From Solirubrobacteraceae bacterium (lineage in GTDB: Bacteria > Actinomycetota > Thermoleophilia > Solirubrobacterales > Solirubrobacteraceae), in the NCBI GenBank assembly GCA_050012835.1, contig JBEKGK010000002.1:1428-65427 (forward strand): a stretch of 64,000 bases of DNA, in the 5' to 3' direction. Position 1 is the first letter of the stretch. Each line of letters opens with the position of its first letter. Made by a program: the position numbers and the translations under genes. The notes beneath the pieces are model-generated. The model saw only the letters and a program-made list of their open reading frames with translations, searched no databases and had not been told where the DNA came from. Shown here one piece after another: positions 27,598-35,619 of this stretch.

Positions 27598-28545
27598 TCA
27601 TCGGGCTGCCCAGAGCTCGTCCACGTGGTCGAGGATCTCCAGGAACCGGGTGCGCTCGGGGGTGAGCCCGCGCCCCATGCTCTCCTCGTGCGCCGAGGCG
27701 AGCATCGGACCCAGCTCGTCGGCGGACGCCGTCAGGGCCATCAGCGCGGACTCGACGATCGCCTGCTCGCTGCGCTCCGGCACCAGGCACGTGTCGCCGT
27801 CGCGGCAGAAGGAGCGGTTGCCGACACAGTCCGGACAGACGACGAGCGCCCCGACCGCCATGCTCTCGAGTGCTGGCAGATACGCGCCCTCGAGCACCCG
27901 CGGCAGGTGCACGGTGACCCGCGCGCGCGCCATCGCCCCGAGCAGCTCGTCTCTGGGCATCGGGCGATCGACGATGAGCACCCGATAACCCGCTGCTTTG
28001 AGGCGGTCAGCGATCCGCCTCCCCAGCGAGCGACCCTTGACCGCCAGCACGACACAGTCGATGTCGCGCTCCTCGGCGGGACGGCCGACCGGCAGCCGCT
28101 CGAGGTCGACGCCGATCGGAACGGTGAAGATCGGACCCTCGACCGAGCCGACCCCCTCGAGCGCTTCCTGGATCTCGGCACTGACGCAGATCCGGATCGC
28201 GGGGTGGGCGAGAAACTCGTGGCGAGGATCCGTGTCACGTCCGTGGCGGACCGCTTGGACGAGGTTGACGATCGGCACCGGTGAGCTCGCGCGCTGCTCC
28301 GGCTCCAGCGTCTGCCAGTCCATCCCGGCCAGGAACAGCGCATCGGCGCGCGGGTCCTCGCCCGCAGTGACCACCGTCTCGCGTAGAGACGACCACGGAT
28401 TGCTGGCATCCCAGACGGAGTCGCCCGAGAAGCGGATCCGCGCGTCATGCAACGGCGAGCTGCGAACGTGCTCGAAGTAGTGAAAAACCTTGAGATGGCC
28501 GCCCTGGAATCGCTGAAAGTTCCGGTGGAAGAGGACCGTGCTCAT
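27598..28545 (-). CDS. Glycosyltransferase, GT4-like
   Basis: GGHLKV N-terminus; EGAYLPALESMAVGALVV (Ex7E). Confidence 0.8.
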   Translation of the reverse strand: MSTVLFHRNFQRFQGGHLKVFHYFEHVRSSPLHDARIRFSGDSVWDASNPWSSLRETVVTAGEDPRADALFLAGMDWQTLEPEQRASSPVPIVNLVQAVRHGRDTDPRHEFLAHPAIRICVSAEIQEALEGVGSVEGPIFTVPIGVDLERLPVGRPAEERDIDCVVLAVKGRSLGRRIADRLKAAGYRVLIVDRPMPRDELLGAMARARVTVHLPRVLEGAYLPALESMAVGALVVCPDCVGNRSFCRDGDTCLVPERSEQAIVESALMALTASADELGPMLASAHEESMGRGLTPERTRFLEILDHVDELWAAR

Positions 28546-28599
28546 CGCAGGACACTATATTCCGGCATACCTCGATGCAGGCGCCGGTCATTCCGGCGC

Positions 28600-29595
28600 T
28601 CAGTCAAGCTCGTCGTAGCCCCACAGCGCGAGGAGATCGCGATCCAGGTACTCACTCGCCGCGACCACCTCCGGCTTGAAGCGGCGACGCAGCTCCATCA
28701 TGAAGCTCTCGTCGGGCGGTGGAACGTCGCCGTACACAGCTTGACGTCGGATCGAACCAAGCGCATCTCGGCGCAACTGCGGCGACGTGAGCGCCTTCAC
28801 CGTCGCCTTCGCCGCTCGCGCCGCCGGCGATCGCCCCAGCGACAACGAATGCAGCACGTCATCGAGCTGCTGTGAGCGCATCGTGCGCGTCGTCAGTTTG
28901 ACCTGCACCTCATCGATCGGATGCGCATCGTCGACTTCGAGGAACCGCAGCACCCTGCGCACCGTAGCCTGATTGTCATGGCGAAAATCGTCGTAGATCA
29001 GCACCAGCACCTGCTCGGGCGGGAACACGGCATGGTAGCGGCGCAATTGATCCACATAGCGCACGTGCTCTGAATATTGGAGCAGCTGCGGGCGATGGGA
29101 GCGGCGGGGTATGCGCCTGCCTTCGCGCCTGGCGGCCTCGAGCGCGATCGCCTTGCGCAGATCCTTCTTCGTCTCGACATGACTGCGCAACAGCTGGAGA
29201 TGCAGTGAGCGCAGAAAGCTCGCGGGCTCGCGCAGAATGGCGATGATGCGGGCTGCGGGTTGCGCATCGGCGATGCGGCTCGCGGCCGTGTGAGACCACA
29301 GATACGACGGTGAAGCCTCGCCGGCGCGCTGCTCGGGCGTCGCCGCGGTGAAAAGCGACAAGTACTCGTCAAGCGTCTCCGGCAGCAGGTGTTCTCTTGA
29401 CGATTGGAAGCGCGAGCGCATGTCGCTCGCGAAGAAGCGCGGCTCCTTGATGTCGGGCATGTAGATCTGCGGGTGCCGCCTCAGCATCTCGTACAGCGCC
29501 GTCGTCCCGCTCTTGTGGTGGCCGACGATGAAGAAGTCGGGGACGCGCTTCTGTACCGCACCCGCAGCTGGGGGTGACTGAGGCGACTCTCTCAT
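28600..29595 (-). CDS. PAPS-dependent sulfotransferase
   Basis: PDFFIVGHHKSGTT, KEPRFF, ILREPASFLRS; TACACT 7 nt before ATG 29595. Confidence 0.92.
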   Translation of the reverse strand: MRESPQSPPAAGAVQKRVPDFFIVGHHKSGTTALYEMLRRHPQIYMPDIKEPRFFASDMRSRFQSSREHLLPETLDEYLSLFTAATPEQRAGEASPSYLWSHTAASRIADAQPAARIIAILREPASFLRSLHLQLLRSHVETKKDLRKAIALEAARREGRRIPRRSHRPQLLQYSEHVRYVDQLRRYHAVFPPEQVLVLIYDDFRHDNQATVRRVLRFLEVDDAHPIDEVQVKLTTRTMRSQQLDDVLHSLSLGRSPAARAAKATVKALTSPQLRRDALGSIRRQAVYGDVPPPDESFMMELRRRFKPEVVAASEYLDRDLLALWGYDELD

Positions 29596-29677
29596 AAACG
29601 AGAGTGTAGTCAGATCACTGCCTGGAGATCCGCCGAGCCCGCACAAGGGCGGGCCATATACTGCGAGCGACTCCGCG

Positions 29678-30592
29678 ATGAACGAAAGCCGTCCACGCCG
29701 CCTTCCGGGGCTCGCCCGCAAGCTGTATCGACGCTCGCGGGCACTGCGCAGAGCACGTAGCGAGAACCGCCTGCAGCCGCGCCTGCGCGTGGACTCCGAC
29801 GCCCCGGAGCTGGTGCTCTCCCCCCACTGGGACGACGCCGTGCTGGACTGCTGGAGCCTGTTGTCAAGCGGTCGCGAGCTCACTGTGGTGAACGTGTTCG
29901 CCGGGGTTCCGCCACCCGGGCGCGCGGGCGTCTGGGAGTCCGTCAGCGGGGCGCGGGACTCCGCCGAGCGCGCTCGCCGGAGGATTGCCGAGGACACGCG
30001 CGCCCTCGCCCTCGCCGGCCGCGCGCCGCTGAGCTTGGCGCTGCTCGACGCAAAGTACCGCCAGACACCGTCGGCGCTCGACGTGGACGAGCTCGACCGC
30101 GCGCTCAGCGCCGCCGTGCAGAGCGCATCGCACGTGTACGTTCCGGCCGGCATCGGTGCCCACGCCGATCACCTGCTCGCGCGCCGCTATGGACGCCTGC
30201 TGCTGCGGGCGGGCATGCCCGTCACCCTGTACGCCGAGCTGCCGTACTGCATCTTCCACGGCTGGCCGTCGTGGGTGGATGGTCGCGAGCCCGAGCCCAA
30301 CCGCAATGTCGAGGCCTACTGGCTGTCGTTCCTCGAGCGCGTGCCGGAGATGCCGCCGCTGCGTTCGGCCTACGTGGAGCGCATGGACGGACCGACGGCG
30401 GCCGCGAAGCTCGAGGCAATCCGCTGCTATGAGACAAGCCTCAACTACGGGATCAGATGCCTGCTGGCCGATCCCGCGTTCCACGGTTTCGAGGTTCGCT
30501 GGCAGCTCGTGGGGCCGACCGGTGACGCTGCGCAGACGATGACACCCGGGCGCGCGGCGGATGGGGGGGCCGGTCCTACCACGGGCGACTGA
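29678..30592 (+). CDS. PIG-L/LmbE family deacetylase
   Basis: SPHWDDAVL (HxDD) and GAHADH (HxDH) Zn motifs, YAELPY, KLEAIRCY. Confidence 0.82.
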   Translation: MNESRPRRLPGLARKLYRRSRALRRARSENRLQPRLRVDSDAPELVLSPHWDDAVLDCWSLLSSGRELTVVNVFAGVPPPGRAGVWESVSGARDSAERARRRIAEDTRALALAGRAPLSLALLDAKYRQTPSALDVDELDRALSAAVQSASHVYVPAGIGAHADHLLARRYGRLLLRAGMPVTLYAELPYCIFHGWPSWVDGREPEPNRNVEAYWLSFLERVPEMPPLRSAYVERMDGPTAAAKLEAIRCYETSLNYGIRCLLADPAFHGFEVRWQLVGPTGDAAQTMTPGRAADGGAGPTTGD

Positions 30593-30612
30593 GCGTTACA
30601 CTCTGCGGCCAT

Positions 30613-32475
30613 GTGTCATCGGGGAACAGCGACAAACCTGCGCAAAGCTATCCAACTCGAAGGGTGGGCGGGCGCGGGGTGAGGCTTCCGTGGTCACGCA
30701 AGCGCGGCGATCGGTCATCGGAACCATCGATGCGCTCACAGCTGGATCTGCTGATCGGCGACAAGCGCCGGTTGATCGCCGCGCTTTCCTGCTGCTCGAT
30801 AGTCGCCGGTTTCACCGAAGCCATCACGCTTGCGATCATCGCGCAAGTGGCGGCGACCCTGGTGAGCCACTCCAAGGACGCGAGCGCCAAGAGCAGCCTC
30901 TTCCATGTGCACGCTTCGGTCGGGACGCTCCTCTGGATCGGGTTCGCGTTGACCGCGCTACGACTTTTCATGCAGTGGCCGCTCTCAGTGCTTCCGGCAC
31001 GAATCAGCGCCGAAGTGGCGGCGGGACTGCGCACGAAGATCTTCCGTGCCTTCACGCACGCCTCTTGGGACGTTCAGTCCCGGGATCGAGAGGGACAGCT
31101 GCAGGAGATCATGACGAGCCAGACGAGCCAGGCGACCGGCGGCGCGCTGCAGGCGACCTCCATGCTCAACCTGTCGATTACCTTTCTGATCCTGATGGGT
31201 ACCGCGGTGGCGCTGAGCCCGGTGGCGGCCGGCGTGGTGCTCGTGATCGCCGTGTCGATGTTCGCGATCCTGCGACCGCTGCGAGCTCTCGGAGCACGGC
31301 GCAGCCGCGAGCTGTCGCAGGCGCAGATTGGCTACGCCGGGGGGATAGCGGAGGCCAACCGGCTCGCGGAGGAGACGCAGGTCTTCGGCGTGGCCGAGGC
31401 GCAGTACGAGCGCCTCTCCGGTCTCATCATGAGGTGCAGAGATCTCTTCTTCCGTACCCAGCTGATCCTCAAACTCGTCCCGAACCTCTATCAGAGTCTC
31501 ATCTACCTGCTGTTGATCGTGGCCCTCGCGGCACTGCACCACATCGGCGCGGGCCATGCCGGCGCACTCGGAGCAGTCGTGCTGCTGGACCTGCGCGCAG
31601 CGCAGAACGGCCAATCGATCCAGTCCTCCTATCAGGCCTTGCAGCAGTCGCTGCCGTTCATAGATCGTCTGCTGAAGGCCGAGCAACGGTATGCCGAGAG
31701 CAGGCCGGCTCACGGTGAGCAGCGGCTCTCCGGGGTGCAGTCGCTCGCCTTCGAGAACGTCTCCTTCGCCTACAACCCCGGGCGCCCGGTGCTTTCGGAC
31801 GTCAGCTTCACCGTGGAGGAGGGCGAGGCGATCGGCGTCGTCGGCCCATCCGGCGCCGGCAAGTCGACGCTGATTCAGCTGCTGTTGCTGTTGCGGGTGC
31901 CCGAGCAGGGTCGCTATCTCGTCAACGGCGAGCCGGTGCAGCAGTTCACGCGCGAGGACTGGCACAGGCTGGTCGCGTACGTGCCGCAGGAACCGCGCCT
32001 GCTGCATGCATCCGTTGCCGAGAACATCCGCTACTTCCGCGACCTCGACGACGAGGCCGTGCGGCGCGCCGGTCAGCTCGCCCGCATCCACGAGGACATC
32101 ATGGGGTGGTCAGACGGCTACGAGACGATCGTCGGCCCCCGGGCCGACGCGGTCTCCGGCGGCCAGCAGCAGCGGATCTGCCTCGCTCGCGCGCTCGCCG
32201 CGCGGCCTCGGGTGCTCGTGCTCGACGAGCCGACCAGCGCGCTCGATCCGCACTCCGAGACGCTCATCGGGGAGTCGCTGATCGGGCTCAAGAACGAGAT
32301 GACGCTGTTCATCATCGCCCACCGCATGTCGACGCTCGACATGTGCGACCGCGTGATGGTCATACTCGACGGGCACCTGGTGGCGTTCGACACGAAAGCC
32401 ATGCTGCAGGAGCACAACCAGTATTACCGCAACGCCTCCTCGATCGCCACCGGCGCGCCCGGCGGGACGATCTGA
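30613..32475 (+). CDS. ABC exporter, fused TMD-NBD (MsbA/PglK-like), probable glycan exporter or flippase
   Basis: TM domain, GPSGAGKST, VSGGQQQR, LDEPTSALD, IAHR; start could be 30679 or 30730. Confidence 0.9.
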   Translation: MSSGNSDKPAQSYPTRRVGGRGVRLPWSRKRGDRSSEPSMRSQLDLLIGDKRRLIAALSCCSIVAGFTEAITLAIIAQVAATLVSHSKDASAKSSLFHVHASVGTLLWIGFALTALRLFMQWPLSVLPARISAEVAAGLRTKIFRAFTHASWDVQSRDREGQLQEIMTSQTSQATGGALQATSMLNLSITFLILMGTAVALSPVAAGVVLVIAVSMFAILRPLRALGARRSRELSQAQIGYAGGIAEANRLAEETQVFGVAEAQYERLSGLIMRCRDLFFRTQLILKLVPNLYQSLIYLLLIVALAALHHIGAGHAGALGAVVLLDLRAAQNGQSIQSSYQALQQSLPFIDRLLKAEQRYAESRPAHGEQRLSGVQSLAFENVSFAYNPGRPVLSDVSFTVEEGEAIGVVGPSGAGKSTLIQLLLLLRVPEQGRYLVNGEPVQQFTREDWHRLVAYVPQEPRLLHASVAENIRYFRDLDDEAVRRAGQLARIHEDIMGWSDGYETIVGPRADAVSGGQQQRICLARALAARPRVLVLDEPTSALDPHSETLIGESLIGLKNEMTLFIIAHRMSTLDMCDRVMVILDGHLVAFDTKAMLQEHNQYYRNASSIATGAPGGTI

Positions 32476-32533
32476 TGTCAGTACACGCGCCCTCGGGCAC
32501 GGTGCCCGCACGCGCCCTGCAGCGCGTCGGACG

Positions 32534-33118
32534 CTAGTCGGCAGCCTCGACGTCCTGCGCGTCGGACTCGGCCGTCCTCGCGTCGCGACTCAGAACCTGG
32601 GCGGGCGCGCTGATCACGATCGATCGGGGGGGAACGTCGTGGGTGACGACCGCTCCGGCGCCGACGCGGGAGCCCCGGCCGATGCGAATGCCCCGTCCAC
32701 GAGGTGTGATGATGACAGCGCTCGCACCTATCACCACGCCATCCTCGATCACGATCTCGTGGGGGGAATCCGTCGGTCGCACGGCCATCGTGACGTTCTG
32801 GAAGATCTTCACGCCACGTCCGATTACCACTTTGCGATGTATCACCGTGCCGAACGCGTGGTGGCCCAGGCGAACGTCCGGGCTGACGTCAACACCAGGA
32901 TGAAGCGAGTTGTGGTAGAGCGCGGAGTTGACGTTCTTCACCAATTTCGCGAGCGACGGATGGCCGGCCCTCTGCAGCGCGACTGACAGCAGCCACAGCC
33001 GCCGCGAGCCGAGGATGAAGCCCTGTCCCGTGAACAGCGACGTGAGCACCCACCGTGCGCCCCACTCGCGCTGCTCAGATCCGGACCGGGAGCCGCTCGC
33101 GCCGTTGTTGTGCACCAT
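32534..33118 (-). CDS. CysE-like left-handed beta-helix O-acyltransferase
   Basis: Hexapeptide repeats VVIGRGVKIFQNVT, VVIGASAVI, IRIGRGSRVGAGAVVTHDVP. Confidence 0.85.
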   Translation of the reverse strand: MVHNNGASGSRSGSEQREWGARWVLTSLFTGQGFILGSRRLWLLSVALQRAGHPSLAKLVKNVNSALYHNSLHPGVDVSPDVRLGHHAFGTVIHRKVVIGRGVKIFQNVTMAVRPTDSPHEIVIEDGVVIGASAVIITPRGRGIRIGRGSRVGAGAVVTHDVPPRSIVISAPAQVLSRDARTAESDAQDVEAAD

Positions 33119-33152
33119 CTCCACATCCTATAGGCGCGCTTGCATCCTACAG

Positions 33153-34325
33153 TCAAGCCGGCGCGCGGGCGACCGCGCGGCGGTATACACCGAGCATCGC
33201 CTCCACGTGATGCTCGATCGTGAAATCGCGCTGCACCCTGCGCCGGCCCGCCAGACCCATCTCCGCGCCGCGGTCCGGGCTCTCGGCGATGCGGCGGACC
33301 GCGTGTGCCCAAGCGCGCGCCTCGCCCGGCGGGAGCAGGTAGCCCTCGCGCCCGTCCTCGATGATCTCGGCAGGGCCCCCCACGTTGGTTGCCAGCACCG
33401 GCACGCCCAGAGCCATCGCCTCGATCACCGCGCGCCCGAAAGGCTCCTCGAGCGACGGCAGCAGCAGGACGTCGAGTGCGCGAACGAGCTCGGGAACGTC
33501 CTCGCGCTCACCCAGCAGCGAGACCCTGTCCTCGAGGCCGGCCCGCGCGATCTGCGCCTTCAGGCCGGCCACGTAGGCCTCGTTGTCGAAGCGCGTGGCG
33601 CGCGCCACGAACTTCGCCGAGCCGATCAGCAGCAGGTGCGCGTCGATCCCGTCCTCGCGCAGCAGCCTGAGGGCCTCGATCGCCGTGTCCTGCCCCTTCC
33701 ACGGACTCAGCTGGGCGACGACGCCCAGCAGCAGCTCGCGCTCGCCGGCCGCGCCGAGACGCGCACGAGCGTGAGCGCGATCGATGCGCGCGGGATCCCA
33801 GCGCTCGAGATCCACGGCGTTGTGAACGACCTCGAGGTGCGCGCCCGGCGCCGCCGCGTGAACTGAGCGGGCCGTGTAGTGCGAGTTGGCCACCACTGTG
33901 GTCGCCGTGGCGGCGATCAGTCGCATCGTCGCGGTGGTGAGCGGGCCTGCAGGCAGGCAGTCGCGGACGTGGACGACAGTCGCGGCGGGCGACAGGCGCC
34001 CGAGGCCGAGGACGATCCCCGCCCGGATCGAGTTCGCGTGTACGAGATCCACGCGGTGACGGCGCGCAGCGCGGCGCACCTGCAGTGCCGCGAGGCTCAT
34101 CTCGGCCAGGGAGCGCGGGGTGTGCATCGGGTGCACCCTGAGGCTGCCAGTGGTGCCCGCGATGTTGCTGACCGGGATGCCCAGCTGCTCGATGGCCGCA
34201 GCCAACCGGCCGGGCGGTACCGCGGCGCGGCGATCGACCGTGTCGGGCAACGCCGCGAGCAGGCTCAGCAGCGAACGCTCGGCGCCGCTGACCTCGGCGG
34301 TGTGGTTTACATACAGGACCTTCAC
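33153..34325 (-). CDS. GT4 glycosyltransferase
   Basis: SGAERSL, WKGQD, EEPFGRAVIEAMALGVPV. Confidence 0.93.
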   Translation of the reverse strand: MKVLYVNHTAEVSGAERSLLSLLAALPDTVDRRAAVPPGRLAAAIEQLGIPVSNIAGTTGSLRVHPMHTPRSLAEMSLAALQVRRAARRHRVDLVHANSIRAGIVLGLGRLSPAATVVHVRDCLPAGPLTTATMRLIAATATTVVANSHYTARSVHAAAPGAHLEVVHNAVDLERWDPARIDRAHARARLGAAGERELLLGVVAQLSPWKGQDTAIEALRLLREDGIDAHLLLIGSAKFVARATRFDNEAYVAGLKAQIARAGLEDRVSLLGEREDVPELVRALDVLLLPSLEEPFGRAVIEAMALGVPVLATNVGGPAEIIEDGREGYLLPPGEARAWAHAVRRIAESPDRGAEMGLAGRRRVQRDFTIEHHVEAMLGVYRRAVARAPA

Positions 34326-34329
34326 GCGA

Positions 34330-35505
34330 TCAGCGCTCGAGCAGCACGGCTTCCACGCGCGCGGCTATCACGGGCCAGGAGAAGCTCTCCGCCCGCTCCG
34401 CCCCGCACTGACCCAGCCGTCGCGCGAGCTCACGGTCGAGCAGCAGCCTGGTTACCGTGCCGGCCACCGCGTGCGGATCGGTCGGATCGACCAGCAGCCC
34501 GCTCTCGCCGTCGGCCACCGCGTCGAGCGCACCGGCGACGTTGCCGGCAACGACCGGCTTTCCGTAGGCGGCGGCCTCTAGGTAGACGATCCCGAAGCCC
34601 TCGCCGGCGAGGCTGCCGCCGGGCAGGCGGCTCGGCATCGCGAACACGTCCGCGCGCCGCAGCCAGCGGTTGCGTTGCTCATCCCCGACCGAGCCGAGGA
34701 AGCGAATCGAGTCCGCGACTCCGAGCGAGTGGGCGAGCTGCTCGAGGTCCCCCCGCAAGGGCCCGTCGCCGATCACGATCCACTGCACCTCGGGCACCTC
34801 GGCGCGTATCAGTGGGAGTGCCCGAATGAGCACATCATGGCCCTTGTAGCTGTCGTTCATTCGCGCGATCGTCAGCAGCGTCGGGCGTTCGGCCGGTTCC
34901 GGCGCGGGGTCGTCGGGCAGCTCAACCCCCGGGGGGATGATCCGAACGTCGGCGGGCGAGGCCCCGGTCGCCCTGATCAGCGCGGCCGTGTAGGAGCTGA
35001 CCGCGATCACCACGTCGGCCCGCCGCGCCGCAAACGCCGCCAGCCTCGGTTTGTCGCCGATCTCGTTGGCATGGAAGTACTGGACAGTTCGCGCACCAAG
35101 CGTACGCCGGATCGCGGCCGCGGCGGGAGCGGTGACGATGTGCAGGCTCAGCGTCACATCCGGGCGGAACCTCAGCGCCTCCACGAGCGCGGCCGCGTTC
35201 AGCGCGAGAATGCGACCGGGTCCCAGCCGCGCGCCGAGCCGCACGCGGCGCGTTGAGAGCTCGCCGGCCGCGTCGAAGCTGCGGGCATCGGGGCCGTCGA
35301 GTGCCACGACCCTCGTCTCGAAGCCCGCCATGCCGGTCGCGAGACGATGGGCGATCGCCTGGATTCCTCCGGGGGCGGGCGGGAAGTCGGGCGTGAGCAC
35401 GAGCAGGCGAGGCCGCCCGCCACGGCGCGCGGGCGAGGCCCGATCAGCGCTCCGCCCTCCAGGCTCCGTGCTCCGCGCAGCGCTTCCCCGCATGCGAGCA
35501 AACAT
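34330..35505 (-). CDS. GT4 glycosyltransferase (PimB-like)
   Basis: DFPPAPGGIQ, YKGHD, EGFGIVYLEAAAYGKPVV; start 35505 or 35493. Confidence 0.92.
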   Translation of the reverse strand: MFARMRGSAARSTEPGGRSADRASPARRGGRPRLLVLTPDFPPAPGGIQAIAHRLATGMAGFETRVVALDGPDARSFDAAGELSTRRVRLGARLGPGRILALNAAALVEALRFRPDVTLSLHIVTAPAAAAIRRTLGARTVQYFHANEIGDKPRLAAFAARRADVVIAVSSYTAALIRATGASPADVRIIPPGVELPDDPAPEPAERPTLLTIARMNDSYKGHDVLIRALPLIRAEVPEVQWIVIGDGPLRGDLEQLAHSLGVADSIRFLGSVGDEQRNRWLRRADVFAMPSRLPGGSLAGEGFGIVYLEAAAYGKPVVAGNVAGALDAVADGESGLLVDPTDPHAVAGTVTRLLLDRELARRLGQCGAERAESFSWPVIAARVEAVLLER

Positions 35506-35552
35506 AGACGACCCCGATTGCTGGGTCGAACGTCCGCGCGACTGCGACCGCG

Positions 35553-35580
35553 TAAAGCTGCGATGGGGGCTGGCCGATCG
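35553..35580 (+). promoter_or_regulatory. Sigma28/WhiG-type promoter candidate
   Basis: TAAA-N16-GCCGATCG, about 40 nt upstream of ATG 35620. Confidence 0.6.
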
Positions 35581-35619
35581 GCTGGACAGAGCATGCACAC
35601 CAGCGCTCGTCCACTCTGA

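Noticed and set aside
32534-33118. cysE call suggested by proximity to cysDNC
   Set aside because: Only the LbH part resembles CysE and it sits among GTs; a polysaccharide O-acetyltransferase is more likely
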